DNA of 47,096 bases from positions 1 through 47,096 of the forward strand of contig JACQPE010000083.1 in assembly GCA_016207685.1 (NCBI GenBank), read 5' to 3'. Both the position numbers and the translations under genes were made by a program. This document shows, one piece after another, positions 46,970 through 47,096 of this stretch; position 1 is the stretch's first letter, and each line of letters opens with the position of its first letter. The stretch is from Elusimicrobiota bacterium. GTDB taxonomy: Bacteria; Elusimicrobiota; Elusimicrobia; JACQPE01. The notes under the pieces were generated by a model that worked only from the letters and a program-made list of their open reading frames with translations, was not told the DNA's origin and made no database searches.

Positions 46970-47096
46970 ATGAACATGCGTCAAAAAACAATTAAGCTCT
47001 TTTGCGTTTTCCTGCTTTCTTTAATTCTCAACCCGCAACTCTTTGTTTGGGCCCAAATCCCCATGTCTTTAGTCATCCAAGGCCGCATGATCAAGC
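46970..47096 (+). CDS. N-terminus of a secreted protein (3' truncated by the window edge)
   Basis: GGAGG RBS; MNMRQKTIKLFCVFLLSLILNPQLFVWA|QIPMSLVIQGRMIK signal peptide; frame open to the end. Confidence 0.7.
   Translation, partial: MNMRQKTIKLFCVFLLSLILNPQLFVWAQIPMSLVIQGRMIK

Noticed and set aside
46188-46973. 261-aa plus-strand ORF
   Set aside because: Antisense shadow of the PIN toxin and its partner, which carry clear motifs; no recognisable features of its own.

Overview
A 47 kb bacterial window. The gene content (PorV-like barrel, a cargo protein with a T9SS-like C-terminus, AMIN-secretin pil operon) suggests Elusimicrobiota or a similar diderm lineage; this is inference only. From left to right it holds: the 3' end of an IS3-family element inserted in the tail of an acyltransferase-3 gene; a GT-C-like membrane protein; a Phd-VapC TA pair; three secreted proteins, including a subtilase; a minus-strand run icd-yceD-rpmF-plsX-fabG-acpP-rnc followed by acyl-CoA dehydrogenase, two ETF pairs and a FixC-FixX fusion; a DUF6036-like nucleotidyltransferase pair; and an 18 kb co-oriented locus joining type IV pilus genes (pilA, pilD, pilMNOPQ) to an O-antigen-ligase-like gene and glycan biosynthesis genes. 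Diverging from pilA, a c-di-GMP-I riboswitch with an overlapping terminator controls a CTD cargo plus PorV-like pair, followed by a PIN-family TA pair. Non-coding structure is rich: two MITEs with TIRs (IS1380-like and IS4-like), a perfect 27-bp inverted-repeat element, a shared upstream motif, and inverted heptamer-repeat hairpins that overlap gene ends and are translated. No rRNA, tRNA or CRISPR array was seen. All family calls come from reading motifs by eye; no database searches were run.
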